Assembly (NCBI GenBank): GCA_043821365.1 | Contig: JBDRCX010000006.1 | Coordinates: forward strand, 704,001-768,000 | Length of the DNA stretch: 64,000 bases | DNA from: Candidatus Micrarchaeota archaeon | GTDB lineage: Archaea > Micrarchaeota > Micrarchaeia > Anstonellales > Bilamarchaeaceae | Direction of reading: 5' to 3' | Translations under genes and position numbers: made by a program | Shown: piece by piece, positions 16,520 through 26,089 of the stretch | Layout of the letters: each line of letters opens with the position of its first letter | How positions within the stretch are numbered: the first letter of the stretch is position 1 | Notes under the pieces: generated by a model | Seen by the model: the letters and a program-made list of their open reading frames with translations, nothing else | Databases searched by the model: none | What the model was told of the DNA's origin: nothing

Positions 16520-17242
16520 TCACCTGTATGATTTTTGGAACCTGGCCCTTGCCTTTGGTCCACGGAACTTCTTTGGTTCAACCCGTCTTGTATCATCAAC
16601 TATTAATGAACGATCGATTGTAATGAATTTTTCCTTAAGGTTCATCTCATCAAAGTATGCTACTAGTGCGTTTGCTATTGCTGTTCTTGCTGCTTGTGCT
16701 TGGCCCATCACTCCACCGCCATTAACATTGACTGCAATGTCTATGTTATTTGCTTCTGGACCAACGTACTTTATTGGCTCTCTTATTATTTCTCTTATGT
16801 AAGAATTGTTAATTGATTCAATGTTTCTGCTGTTCAATCGTATTACTCCTTTGCCTTTAGTTATTGTTGCACGTGCTACGCTCTCTTTTCTTTTTCCTCT
16901 TGTAACAAAAACTTTTGTTTCTATTTTTTTCGATGGTTTCTTTCTTTTCTTTTTTGGACTTGGTTTTTTCTCTTCTGTTTTGTGTTCGTGAGTTTCTTTT
17001 TTCTCTTCGTGTTTATGTTCTACATGGGTGTGTGCCTTTTTCTCAGGTACTTCGTGTTTATGTTCTGTGTGTTTGTGCTCTTCTTTCTTTTCATGCTCCT
17101 CATGCTTTTTTTCATGAACATGTTTATGTTCTACATGAGTGTGCGCTTCCTTCTTTTCATGAGCTTCTTTTTTCTCATGTTTAGTGGTGTGAGTTCCTTC
17201 CTTCTTTGTTCTTTTCTTTTTTCCTTCTTTAGTCATGATCAT
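16520..17242 (-). CDS. rps9: 30S ribosomal protein S9 with about 100-aa His/Glu/Lys-rich N-terminal extension
   Basis: Core GKRKESVARA, GGGVMGQAQA, KARARFQKSYR; start overlaps the L13 stop (TGATG). Confidence 0.95.
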   Translation of the reverse strand: MIMTKEGKKKRTKKEGTHTTKHEKKEAHEKKEAHTHVEHKHVHEKKHEEHEKKEEHKHTEHKHEVPEKKAHTHVEHKHEEKKETHEHKTEEKKPSPKKKRKKPSKKIETKVFVTRGKRKESVARATITKGKGVIRLNSRNIESINNSYIREIIREPIKYVGPEANNIDIAVNVNGGGVMGQAQAARTAIANALVAYFDEMNLKEKFITIDRSLIVDDTRRVEPKKFRGPKARARFQKSYR

Positions 17243-17667
17243 CAACCCGAATAACCTATACTTTTACAGATCTCGTAGATAGTAACATGCTTGGAAATGC
17301 CATCATAGTCTGCATTTTCTATTTTCATGTTTACTTCCATGTTCTTTGGATTACCAGTATGAACTCTTAGTCTTCCCAAAGCAATCTTTCCTCTGCTACT
17401 TTTCATTGGTAGCATTCCTCTTATCATTCGTTTAACAAATAAGTGTGGAATTTTTGGCCAAGTCGGAGACTTCTCAGGTGTACCTTTGTGCTTAAGACCT
17501 CTTTTTGTCAAATATCTTTGTGTTATTTCTTTTGGATTTCCATTTATCACTATTTTCTCAGCATTTATTAAATGGATTTCATCTCCGTTTATGAGTTTCT
17601 TTGCAATCTGACTTGCAAGCCTTCCAAAAATCATATTCTCTCCATTAATGACATTCATGAATATCAC
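17242..17667 (-). CDS. rpl13: 50S ribosomal protein L13
   Basis: IFGRLASQIAK, INAEKIVI, KRMIRGMLP. Confidence 0.96.
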   Translation of the reverse strand: MIFMNVINGENMIFGRLASQIAKKLINGDEIHLINAEKIVINGNPKEITQRYLTKRGLKHKGTPEKSPTWPKIPHLFVKRMIRGMLPMKSSRGKIALGRLRVHTGNPKNMEVNMKIENADYDGISKHVTIYEICKSIGYSG

Positions 17668-18011
17668 TTTAGTATGACAACTCCCTTTCCATCGGGGTTA
17701 GTCTTTTTTAGGCTTTCAATTGTAATCGCCTGTCCGCCAGCCATGCTGATCAACTGTCTTGCACTTTCGCTAAAAGCAAATGCTGCCACAGTGATCTTTT
17801 TTGAAACATTTCCAGAACCAAGTACTTTTCCTGGAACAAGAATTGTTTCATCTCCTTCTGCATACGCATCAATCTTACTTAGATTTACCTCTATCTTCTT
17901 TCGCCTTGGTTTTGAAAGCTCATAAGCTACCTTTTTCCAAAGCGGTTTGTCAGTTTTCATCAGATCTACAATCAAAGATTTAAGGATCTGATTATCTTTT
18001 TGTCTTTTCAT
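17664..18011 (-). CDS. rpl18e: 50S ribosomal protein L18e
   Basis: KPRRKKIEVNLSKI, VPGKVLGSG, AFAFSESA; ATG at 18011 after GGTGG. Confidence 0.96.
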   Translation of the reverse strand: MKRQKDNQILKSLIVDLMKTDKPLWKKVAYELSKPRRKKIEVNLSKIDAYAEGDETILVPGKVLGSGNVSKKITVAAFAFSESARQLISMAGGQAITIESLKKTNPDGKGVVILK

Positions 18012-18154
18012 ATTCGCCACCTACGGCTCGCCCCTGTTTTAGAGCAGGGACTCTACCTTGAATAAGCGTTATTATAACGTTAGGGAACATTTAAAATGCT
18101 AATGATAACTCGTTTATGTCCTAATTATATAAAAAAGAAAATAAAATAAAGAAA

Positions 18155-18541
18155 TTATGCTGGTCTTGCCAGGTCATATATTTGTTTCAATGCAACCACG
18201 AACGCTGCCGGAGCAACGAATACGCTAAGTGCACTTAGGAACTGATATACAAAGACTCCTAAAGGACCCGTCATACCGCCAGTTACCTCGCTCATCTTAG
18301 CCACAACTTCGTTAATAGAATTCATTACCATCAGGAGGGCTATGGTCGCGACGAGGAATTGCATAATTTCTTTGTCCGATATGTTCATAAGGCCTACAAT
18401 AATACCCAACAAACCCAATACTGCAAGTACCAATGGCAATGCAGTTCCAAGCATGTTTGAGGCTAGACCTATCACAATGGCAATAACAAATCCACCAAGG
18501 AATGCATATTGGCCATAGTTAACTGTTGTTGATTTTCCCAT
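18155..18541 (-). CDS. Small 4-TM conserved hypothetical membrane protein
   Basis: Four hydrophobic segments; GIIVGLMNISDKE motif. Confidence 0.75.
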   Translation of the reverse strand: MGKSTTVNYGQYAFLGGFVIAIVIGLASNMLGTALPLVLAVLGLLGIIVGLMNISDKEIMQFLVATIALLMVMNSINEVVAKMSEVTGGMTGPLGVFVYQFLSALSVFVAPAAFVVALKQIYDLARPA

Positions 18542-18623
18542 TTTACTATCACCTCGATTGACCAGTAAAACGATAACTAGATTTTAAAATCCTCCGATTG
18601 CCCTTCGTCAATTGTACTGGTTT

Positions 18624-19466
18624 TTATAGTAAAATTGCTAGAAATAGACCAGACATTCCCAACAAAAACGACACCAAGCTTGCATCTCTTGCAAATTTTA
18701 GTTTGTTGTTTATTGCTTTGTAACAAATCAACAGTATGATAATATCGGCTATAACGATGAGTGTACCTGGTATAATGCTCATCGTCAGCCCAACTAAAAA
18801 CGGTGCCGCGCTTAGGGGTATAAATAAAATATATAATATTGCTGCAATCAACAATGCAGGTTGTTTTCCAATCACTATGGGGAGTGTTTTTGATTTTCTT
18901 GCTTTTCTATCTCCTTCCATATCCTGTATTGATTTTATTATTTCCCTTGCTAGACCAGCTACAAAACCTAATAGTGCCAGAATAATTGCAAGAAGAGATA
19001 AAGAATTTGAAACCACAAAATTTCCAAAGATAAATGGTATTGCCATTGTTAATGCGATGTAAACATTTCCAAGTAATGGCAAGTCTTTCAATTTCCAATT
19101 ATATAATATGGCAAAAAGATTGAATAGAATGACAATCGCAAATACTATATAGTTAATATAATATGCAAATACCACTGATGCTATTAGCGAGAGTATCGAG
19201 AAATACAATGCAAATTCCTTTGTTATTGTACCATCAACTAAAGGCCTGTTCTTTGCTTTGTTTAATCTATCTGTTTCAATATCAAAATAGTCATTCAATG
19301 CAAAAGAACCCATCTCACTGAAGATTGGAACCAATAAAGATAGGATTATTATAGGGGATACTAGGGGTAAGGAACCAAGAACAATGGTTTCTGCTATCAA
19401 AACTGCAAAAGCAAGCATTATTGCATGCTCGAATCTTGTGAGTTTTATGAATTCCTTTAGGAACAT
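18624..19466 (-). CDS. UbiA prenyltransferase, probable digeranylgeranylglyceryl phosphate synthase
   Basis: NDYFDIETDRLN..RPL and REIIKSIQDMEGD motifs. Confidence 0.85.
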   Translation of the reverse strand: MFLKEFIKLTRFEHAIMLAFAVLIAETIVLGSLPLVSPIIILSLLVPIFSEMGSFALNDYFDIETDRLNKAKNRPLVDGTITKEFALYFSILSLIASVVFAYYINYIVFAIVILFNLFAILYNWKLKDLPLLGNVYIALTMAIPFIFGNFVVSNSLSLLAIILALLGFVAGLAREIIKSIQDMEGDRKARKSKTLPIVIGKQPALLIAAILYILFIPLSAAPFLVGLTMSIIPGTLIVIADIIILLICYKAINNKLKFARDASLVSFLLGMSGLFLAILL

Positions 19467-19597
19467 AATCTTACCTTGTTGTTTTAGTTTAAAACATTAT
19501 CCACTTTCAAATCAATCACATCTTTTGATTCAGTTAATTGTTGGTTCACACACTTTTTTATAATTATTTCTGTGTAATATCATTCCAGGGGGATTTT

Positions 19598-20074
19598 ATG
19601 AAAGAGATTATAGACGAAATCGATAAGAAAATTTTGGCTGTTTTGATTGACAATTCAAAAACACAGTTGAAAAAACTGTCAAAAACTTTGAGAATACACC
19701 CAAATACTCTGTTACAACGCATCAAAAAATTGGAGCATGAAAATATTTTGATGAAATATTCTGCAGTTGTTAATTTTACAAAAATTGATAGAAGAATGCA
19801 AGCTTTGATGTTTTTAGATGTTGATATGACAAAAGGCTGGGAGGAAGCAATTAGGCCATTGGCTAAATTACCAGAGGTTGTTTCTTTTTTACTAATCACT
19901 GGGGATCATGATGTTTTGATAATTGCAAGAGTTAAGGATGAATATCATTTGGGGGATTTGATGAGAAGATTTCAGGCAACTAAAGTTGTGAAAAAAACAA
20001 CAACTCATTTGATTGTAGATACTTATAGGGAACCATACGAGTATAATCCTTTGAGGGATGAATTGAGGTTTTAA
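19598..20074 (+). CDS. Lrp/AsnC family transcriptional regulator (copy 2)
   Basis: DEIDKKIL...LRIHPNTLLQRIKKLE, LITGDHD. Confidence 0.9.
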   Translation: MKEIIDEIDKKILAVLIDNSKTQLKKLSKTLRIHPNTLLQRIKKLEHENILMKYSAVVNFTKIDRRMQALMFLDVDMTKGWEEAIRPLAKLPEVVSFLLITGDHDVLIIARVKDEYHLGDLMRRFQATKVVKKTTTHLIVDTYREPYEYNPLRDELRF

Positions 20075-20961
20075 TTTTTCACAAATAAATGCAATCTCAT
20101 GGAATGGAATTCATCAATTGGAGCTACTGCTCTTTCTTCTAGTTTTGTGAAACCATTTGTTATAAAGTGACCTATTAACTCTCCCGGGTGTTTTAGGGGT
20201 CTAACTATTGCATCAAGAAATAATGCTATGTCTAATGGTAAAACTGGAGAAATCCTAAATGGATCTTCTTCAATCACAACTGCAATTCCACCAGTAACCA
20301 AAGCATCTTTAATAGCCCTAACCATTCTGGGTTTATCATCATTACTAATCAAATGAAACGTTTGTGAACAAACAACTGTTCTAAATCCTCCAATAGAAAA
20401 ATCATAAGCACTCATGTTTGTGTGTCTAATATCTATTCCTAATTTCTCCCGTGCTTTTTCAAGCATCTTTGGTGAAACCTCATTAATATGAACAGGTTGA
20501 ATTTCCTGTTCTGGTGCTAACAATGCATGGTCAATACCAGCAGCTCTCATAATTCTACTTCGTTCTAAAATCTCTTGAACATATCTCATTGGTTCTCCAG
20601 TTCCTGCTGTCAAATCAACTATTGGAGTTCTAAGAAAAGGGGCAGCATATTGCAAAACAGTTCTTATTGCCTGGTAATGTCTTGTTTCTATTCCCATGTG
20701 CTGATCATACCTATCTGAAAACTGATCATAAAGCATTGCAAAAAATCTTACTCTCTGTGCAAGATTAAAACTATCATAAATTTGTTTTATTGCAGCCTGC
20801 GCTTTTTCGATCACAATATCTCTTTTTCTTTTTTCAACTGCAAATTCATTTACTAATCTGAATAAGTTTGGGACACTTACTGTTCTTGGGTCAGCTGCTA
20901 ATAATTCTAAAATTGGTCGAGGTAATCTTTCCTGTTGTCTTTGTACTCGTCTCCCACCCAT
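20071..20961 (-). CDS. Class I SAM-dependent methyltransferase-like protein (paralog of 14530..16065)
   Basis: VDLTAGTGEP, NEVSPKML, SQTFHLI, GGIAVVIEEDP; start at MGGRR is inferred. Confidence 0.75.
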   Translation of the reverse strand: MGGRRVQRQQERLPRPILELLAADPRTVSVPNLFRLVNEFAVEKRKRDIVIEKAQAAIKQIYDSFNLAQRVRFFAMLYDQFSDRYDQHMGIETRHYQAIRTVLQYAAPFLRTPIVDLTAGTGEPMRYVQEILERSRIMRAAGIDHALLAPEQEIQPVHINEVSPKMLEKAREKLGIDIRHTNMSAYDFSIGGFRTVVCSQTFHLISNDDKPRMVRAIKDALVTGGIAVVIEEDPFRISPVLPLDIALFLDAIVRPLKHPGELIGHFITNGFTKLEERAVAPIDEFHSMRLHLFVKN

Positions 20962-21042
20962 CACTACTACTGTTGTTATGGAAGGTTTAAAATGGTTATA
21001 ATTAACATGACTATCTAAAAATCTAATCATCGATTTATATCC

Positions 21043-21990
21043 ATGGACCAATACAAAGTTGAAATAATTTCAAGAGAAGAAAAAAATCAATTAATGGAAA
21101 AACATGTTTCAAAAAATCTCCACGAAAGAAAAGCAATTATTCATGGAACATGTGTGAAATTCTTTACTGATAATCATGAGTTCAAAGACATGTGGGAAGA
21201 TAATTTTGATCTAATGCCTGATTGGATAAGACCACACGCAAGGCTATTTGCAATTTCTGGTCCAAAGCTAAAAGTATTATACGAACCATTTTCAAAAACA
21301 GTTATCATTGAAGGTTGCAACTACTATGGCTGGGTAAAAAGTATTGCATTAGCACTAGTAGCAGATTTTATGGAAGATTTTACCTCTGAACATCGAAGAT
21401 ATTCAGTCCATGGTTCTTTTGTTGATGTTGGTGGGAGAGGTTTAGCCATAATCGGTCCTTCTGGAAGTGGAAAAACAACCTTAACATATGGTCTTCTTCT
21501 AGATAAAAAATCAAACTTTGTTACTGATGATTGGTTTTTTGTTAGGCTAGCACAAAATGAAACATCGGTATATTCATCTGAAAAGAATTCCTATATTCGT
21601 GGAGATCTTGAAAACAGCTGGCCAGAATACAAAAATAAACTCAAAGGAATAAAGAAAGACAAACAGGATCGTGCAATTGTTGATGTAAAACAATTAATTG
21701 GCGGAGATCGAATAAAACAAGAATCAATTCTTTCACTGACTATTCTTTTAACAAGAGACAAAAAGTTGCCAGTTGAAACAAAACTAGACAAATATGAGGC
21801 ACTTGAATTTATGATGGATAATGACTTTTGCAATCCGCATCAATTAATTAGAAACGAAGAAAAATCAAAACAAAGAATAAGCTTTTTCCGTGAATTATTT
21901 AGCCGTACTCCTGTTTATTTACTAAACACAATAGAAACACCAGAACAAAGTTTAACAAGACTTAAAACACTTATAAAAAAAGAGGTCTAA
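21043..21990 (+). CDS. HPr kinase/PEPCK-like P-loop kinase
   Basis: HGSFVDVGGRGLAIIGPSGSGKTT and FVTDDW motifs. Confidence 0.75.
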   Translation: MDQYKVEIISREEKNQLMEKHVSKNLHERKAIIHGTCVKFFTDNHEFKDMWEDNFDLMPDWIRPHARLFAISGPKLKVLYEPFSKTVIIEGCNYYGWVKSIALALVADFMEDFTSEHRRYSVHGSFVDVGGRGLAIIGPSGSGKTTLTYGLLLDKKSNFVTDDWFFVRLAQNETSVYSSEKNSYIRGDLENSWPEYKNKLKGIKKDKQDRAIVDVKQLIGGDRIKQESILSLTILLTRDKKLPVETKLDKYEALEFMMDNDFCNPHQLIRNEEKSKQRISFFRELFSRTPVYLLNTIETPEQSLTRLKTLIKKEV

Positions 21991-21991
21991 T

Positions 21992-22828
21992 ATGAAAATC
22001 GCATTAATCCAAATGAGTATGACGGACAACCAAGACGAAAACCTTTCAAAAGCATTACAATTTATCAAAGAAGCATCAGAAAAAGGTGCAAAAATTATTT
22101 GTCTCCCCGAACTTTTCACATCAACTTATTTTCCACAAGAAGAAAATGTAAATACAGAAAAATTTACTGAATCAATTCCAGGGAAGAGTCATGATCTACT
22201 TTCAAAAGCAGCAAAAGATAATCAAGTTGTCATAATAGGCGGTTCAATATTTGAGAAAGCAGACAAACTTTACAACACTTCAATGGTTTTCGATGAAAAT
22301 GGAAAACTTCTTGGAAATTATAGAAAAATACACATCCCATATGATGAAAAATTCTATGAAAAAAATTATTTTGAAAAAGGAGATCTTGGTTACAAAGTTT
22401 TTGAGACAAAATATGGCAGAATAGCTGTTCTAATCTGCTATGATCAATGGTTTCCAGAGGCAGCAAGAATTGTTTCCTTAATGGGGGCGGATATGATATT
22501 CTATCCAACTGCAATTGGTATTTGTGATTCAATCAAACAAACAGAAGGAAATTGGCAAGAAGCTTGGGAAGGTGTCCAAAGAGGGCATGCAATTGCAAAC
22601 GGGGTTGTAGTTGCAGGGGTTAACAGAGTTGGAAAAGAAGGCGAAACTAATTTTTGGGGAGGTTCCTTTGTATATTCTCAGTTTGGTACATTGATTACCA
22701 AAGCAGATGATACTGAAGGAGTTGTCATTGCAGAAATAAACACAGAACTTGGAAAAGAGGTCAAAGAAGGATGGGGGCTTTTCCATAATAGAAGACCAGA
22801 AACTTATCAAAAAATAACCGAGAAATGA
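21992..22828 (+). CDS. aguB: Carbon-nitrogen hydrolase, probable N-carbamoylputrescine amidohydrolase
   Basis: LPELF, YRKIHIP, FYEKNYF, ICYDQWFPE, YPTAIG; adjacent to agmatine deiminase. Confidence 0.88.
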   Translation: MKIALIQMSMTDNQDENLSKALQFIKEASEKGAKIICLPELFTSTYFPQEENVNTEKFTESIPGKSHDLLSKAAKDNQVVIIGGSIFEKADKLYNTSMVFDENGKLLGNYRKIHIPYDEKFYEKNYFEKGDLGYKVFETKYGRIAVLICYDQWFPEAARIVSLMGADMIFYPTAIGICDSIKQTEGNWQEAWEGVQRGHAIANGVVVAGVNRVGKEGETNFWGGSFVYSQFGTLITKADDTEGVVIAEINTELGKEVKEGWGLFHNRRPETYQKITEK

Positions 22829-22847
22829 TTATAATCATTCTTTACAA

Positions 22848-23873
22848 ATGAGATTTATGGATAAATACCGAATGCCTGCGGAATGGGAACAACATGAAGC
22901 AACCTGGCTATCCTGGCCAAAAGATCCTGAGACATTCCCCGATCAAATCTTGCCTAAAGTTGAGAAAATCTACATTGAAATGATAAAAGCACTTCATGAA
23001 AAAGAAAAAGTGCATGTTCTTGTTAATGATGAAAAAACTCAAATAAAAGTTCAAAAACTATTAGATGAAGCAGGAGTTAAAAATAATGTTATTATCCATA
23101 AAATCAAAACAGTTGACGTGTGGATGCGTGATTATGGCCCTATTTTCGTAAAAAACAATAGCAAAATAAAAATGACAAAATGGATTTTCAATGCATGGGG
23201 TGGAAAATACGAACAACTTATGCATGATAATTCTGTTGTTGATCAAATGATTCCTCTACTTGGAGATATTGAAGTTACCAAACCAGGAATCATTTTAGAG
23301 GGTGGTTCAATTGAAGTAAATGGTAATGGAACTTTACTAACAACAGAACAATGTTTACTCAATCAGAATAGAAATAAACACCTAAACAAAGAACAAATTG
23401 AAGATTATCTTAAACAACATCTTGGGGTTTCACATATAATTTGGTTGAAAGAAGGAATAGCTGGTGATGATACTGATGGTCATATAGATGACATTGCAAG
23501 GTTTGTTGGACCAAACACAATTCTATGTGCAACTGAACAAACAAAATCAGATGACAACCACCAGATCCTGAATCATAATTTAGAAACACTGAAAAATGCA
23601 AAAAATGAAAAAGGCGAACCGTTCGAAGTTAAAGAACTTCCTATGCCAGGCCGGGTTGATTCACCATACGGAAGATTACCTGCAAGTTATGCTAATTTCT
23701 ACATAGGAAATGGTGTGGTCTTACTCCCAACCTTTAATCATAAAAATGATCAAAAGGCAATCTCAATTCTTGAGGAAAATTTTCCTAATCGTAAAGTTGT
23801 TCCAATCTATTGCGAACCATTGGTGTGGGGACTAGGCGCAATCCATTGCGTTACGCAGCAGCAGCCCATTTAA
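22848..23873 (+). CDS. aguA: Agmatine deiminase
   Basis: MPAEWEQH, WMRDYGP, EGGSI, DTDGHID, GAIHCVTQQ. Confidence 0.93.
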   Translation: MRFMDKYRMPAEWEQHEATWLSWPKDPETFPDQILPKVEKIYIEMIKALHEKEKVHVLVNDEKTQIKVQKLLDEAGVKNNVIIHKIKTVDVWMRDYGPIFVKNNSKIKMTKWIFNAWGGKYEQLMHDNSVVDQMIPLLGDIEVTKPGIILEGGSIEVNGNGTLLTTEQCLLNQNRNKHLNKEQIEDYLKQHLGVSHIIWLKEGIAGDDTDGHIDDIARFVGPNTILCATEQTKSDDNHQILNHNLETLKNAKNEKGEPFEVKELPMPGRVDSPYGRLPASYANFYIGNGVVLLPTFNHKNDQKAISILEENFPNRKVVPIYCEPLVWGLGAIHCVTQQQPI

Positions 23874-23905
23874 ATATTAGTGTTGTTAGTGTCACAGGTG
23901 AAAGA

Positions 23906-24184
23906 ATGGTAGCGAAAAAAACAAAAAAAGTAGAGAAAATTGAAGAATGTTGCTGCGAAGATCCATCTTGTTTAAATACAGTAGAACGTCCACCTATGAG
24001 TGGTATGTGTTATGCTATAGGGGGCATTCTTGCAATGTTTGCCGGGGTAGTCTTTCTCCTTGGAGCTTTCGGGAGTGTTGATACTATGACAGTTTACATA
24101 GCTGCAGGTATTCTTCTTGTATTCCATGGATTGGGGGGAGTTCTTCACGTTATTCGCGGATGTCCAATGTGCAAACCTAAATAA
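23906..24184 (+). CDS. Small 2-TM protein with Cys/His clusters
   Basis: ECCCEDPSC N-terminus, HGLGGVLH and C-terminal GCPMCK; GGTGA RBS. Confidence 0.7.
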   Translation: MVAKKTKKVEKIEECCCEDPSCLNTVERPPMSGMCYAIGGILAMFAGVVFLLGAFGSVDTMTVYIAAGILLVFHGLGGVLHVIRGCPMCKPK

Positions 24185-24189
24185 TTTTT

Positions 24190-24948
24190 TTATTTCTTAT
24201 GCATTTTGAAATAATCTTCAACATGCATTTGTAATTCTTTATTTGTTTCAAAGCCAAATTTTTGGTGTAACTGAAGCAGGTATGGGTGTGGAGAAAAATG
24301 AGGGACTGTTATTGCATATCCTTCCATATCCATTGATGCTGACTTTGCATCTGCTCCAATATATTTATCATAAACATTTCTGAATCTAGAAGAAGTTGCC
24401 GCTTGTTCTCTTGAGACTATCTTACCTTCGATCTTTTGGTTTAGAAAAGCAAATGCAATTTGTTTTTTCTCAGGTTTTCCTGTGATAAGATTAAGCAATG
24501 GTTTTTCGATCCGAACAACTATCTTTATCTCACCATCGTTTATAGTCATATCATACTCATTTTTTTCAAGATGCAGTAGTAAGAATGATGTAAAAAATTC
24601 CTTTGAATCATGGAAACTTGTTGCTTTGGAAAGTAGGACCAGTCGTTCTCCATGGAAAAAAATCGAACGCATGGCTCCGTGTGCAAATGAGTTCCCCAAT
24701 CTTTCTTCACCAATACTGACATTTTGGAAATAATTATTTGGTACTGCATATGCTGCTCTTGTTTCAAACATAGGGGAAATAAATTTCACCGGCCAGGTCA
24801 TTGAGGAATAAAGACTTCTCGATAATGAAGAAAAACTCTGCGCCATTATCTTTGAATATTCCATCCTTTCTTTGTCTTCTCTATGCATCTTCTCTATGAA
24901 TTCCACATATTCTGGTATATTCTTGGCAGTTTCACAAAATTGGCACAT
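24190..24948 (-). CDS. Hypothetical protein
   Basis: Long ORF with genome-typical codon use; N-terminal CQFC. Confidence 0.7.
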   Translation of the reverse strand: MCQFCETAKNIPEYVEFIEKMHREDKERMEYSKIMAQSFSSLSRSLYSSMTWPVKFISPMFETRAAYAVPNNYFQNVSIGEERLGNSFAHGAMRSIFFHGERLVLLSKATSFHDSKEFFTSFLLLHLEKNEYDMTINDGEIKIVVRIEKPLLNLITGKPEKKQIAFAFLNQKIEGKIVSREQAATSSRFRNVYDKYIGADAKSASMDMEGYAITVPHFSPHPYLLQLHQKFGFETNKELQMHVEDYFKMHKK

Positions 24949-25018
24949 AACTAAAAAAATCAAGCTTGGTTTTTAAGTTTATTTATTCTATTATCAATAC
25001 TTTTTAAGGGTTTTAAAC

Positions 25019-26089
25019 ATGAAGAAATCTGATATTATCAAAATAGTAGTCATATTAATCGTAATTGGTTTTCTGACCGAACCATTATGGTTCGGTGGTG
25101 GGTTGCAGAATCTTTTCCAATCTCCCATACAGGCAGCTACCAATGTAACTGGTACTGCAATTTTTAATGGAACCATACGAACATACGATCCCCTCTTATT
25201 CATACAAGGATCTGTTCCTCAGGCTGTTGTAGATAAGCTAAATCTTCGTACAGATGTTACTAGTATGGAACAAACAACAGAAGGAATGCTTATCACAGTT
25301 GATAGTAGGGATAGTGTATATCCATTGGCGGTTTTCTTAAGAACCCTTAACGTTACTTCATACTCAAGGGCAAATATTGTTGTTGATCAAAATATAGAAG
25401 TACAAACACTTACAGGTACAGTAAAAACATTTCTTCCAAATGGGGTAATCCAAGTTATTTGTGAGCCATTGGTTGATGCAGATAATGAGGTTCCTGTTGT
25501 TATGACTGCAGTTTTGCGCAATGACCAAATTGTTGGGTATCAATCTACTAACATTCTAGTGAACAAATCAAATCTGACACTTGATGCTGAAATTTATTCT
25601 CTAAACCAAACAACATACTCATATACAATACCTTGGGAAAGCAGAAATTCTATTGGAAATTTATCTGATTATGGTCTTGCAACATATAAAAAAGTCGATT
25701 CAATTCTGTTTACTCAACCACTCACAACTGATCAAATATTAACAAAGAAATTCTATTCATCTGTTATTTATATCGATTCCAACACTGCCCAAATGGAATC
25801 ACTATTTGATGATATTGACCAATTGGAACAAATATTCTATGATGTTGATTACATATTACCATCATCTACACTCACTATAATATCTGAAGATGAACCTGAT
25901 CTTGAATATAACCACACTTCAACATACAGCTACGTTATTCTTGTCAATTCAAGTTCTTTAACAGAAAATTATTTTTTAGTTAATTCAACTAATTACTACC
26001 AGATCGGTGATACATTAAAAATAGAAATAGAAACACTATCATTGGGGGATAAAGTTATTGAGATTAAACGTGTCTCCCTCCCATCCTAA
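25019..26089 (+). CDS. Membrane-anchored/secreted hypothetical protein
   Basis: N-terminal hydrophobic segment, Thr/Asn/Ser-rich beta-type body. Confidence 0.75.
   Translation: MKKSDIIKIVVILIVIGFLTEPLWFGGGLQNLFQSPIQAATNVTGTAIFNGTIRTYDPLLFIQGSVPQAVVDKLNLRTDVTSMEQTTEGMLITVDSRDSVYPLAVFLRTLNVTSYSRANIVVDQNIEVQTLTGTVKTFLPNGVIQVICEPLVDADNEVPVVMTAVLRNDQIVGYQSTNILVNKSNLTLDAEIYSLNQTTYSYTIPWESRNSIGNLSDYGLATYKKVDSILFTQPLTTDQILTKKFYSSVIYIDSNTAQMESLFDDIDQLEQIFYDVDYILPSSTLTIISEDEPDLEYNHTSTYSYVILVNSSSLTENYFLVNSTNYYQIGDTLKIEIETLSLGDKVIEIKRVSLPS

Noticed and set aside
16915-17254. Phe/Met-rich + strand ORFs; likewise 62765..63077(-)
   Set aside because: Antisense read-outs of the low-complexity S9 and S4 extensions.
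18025-18062. GGTAGAG-TCCCTG...CAGGGG upstream of rpl18e as a tRNA remnant
   Set aside because: Only one 7-bp hairpin, with no acceptor stem or T-arm; at most a leader hairpin.
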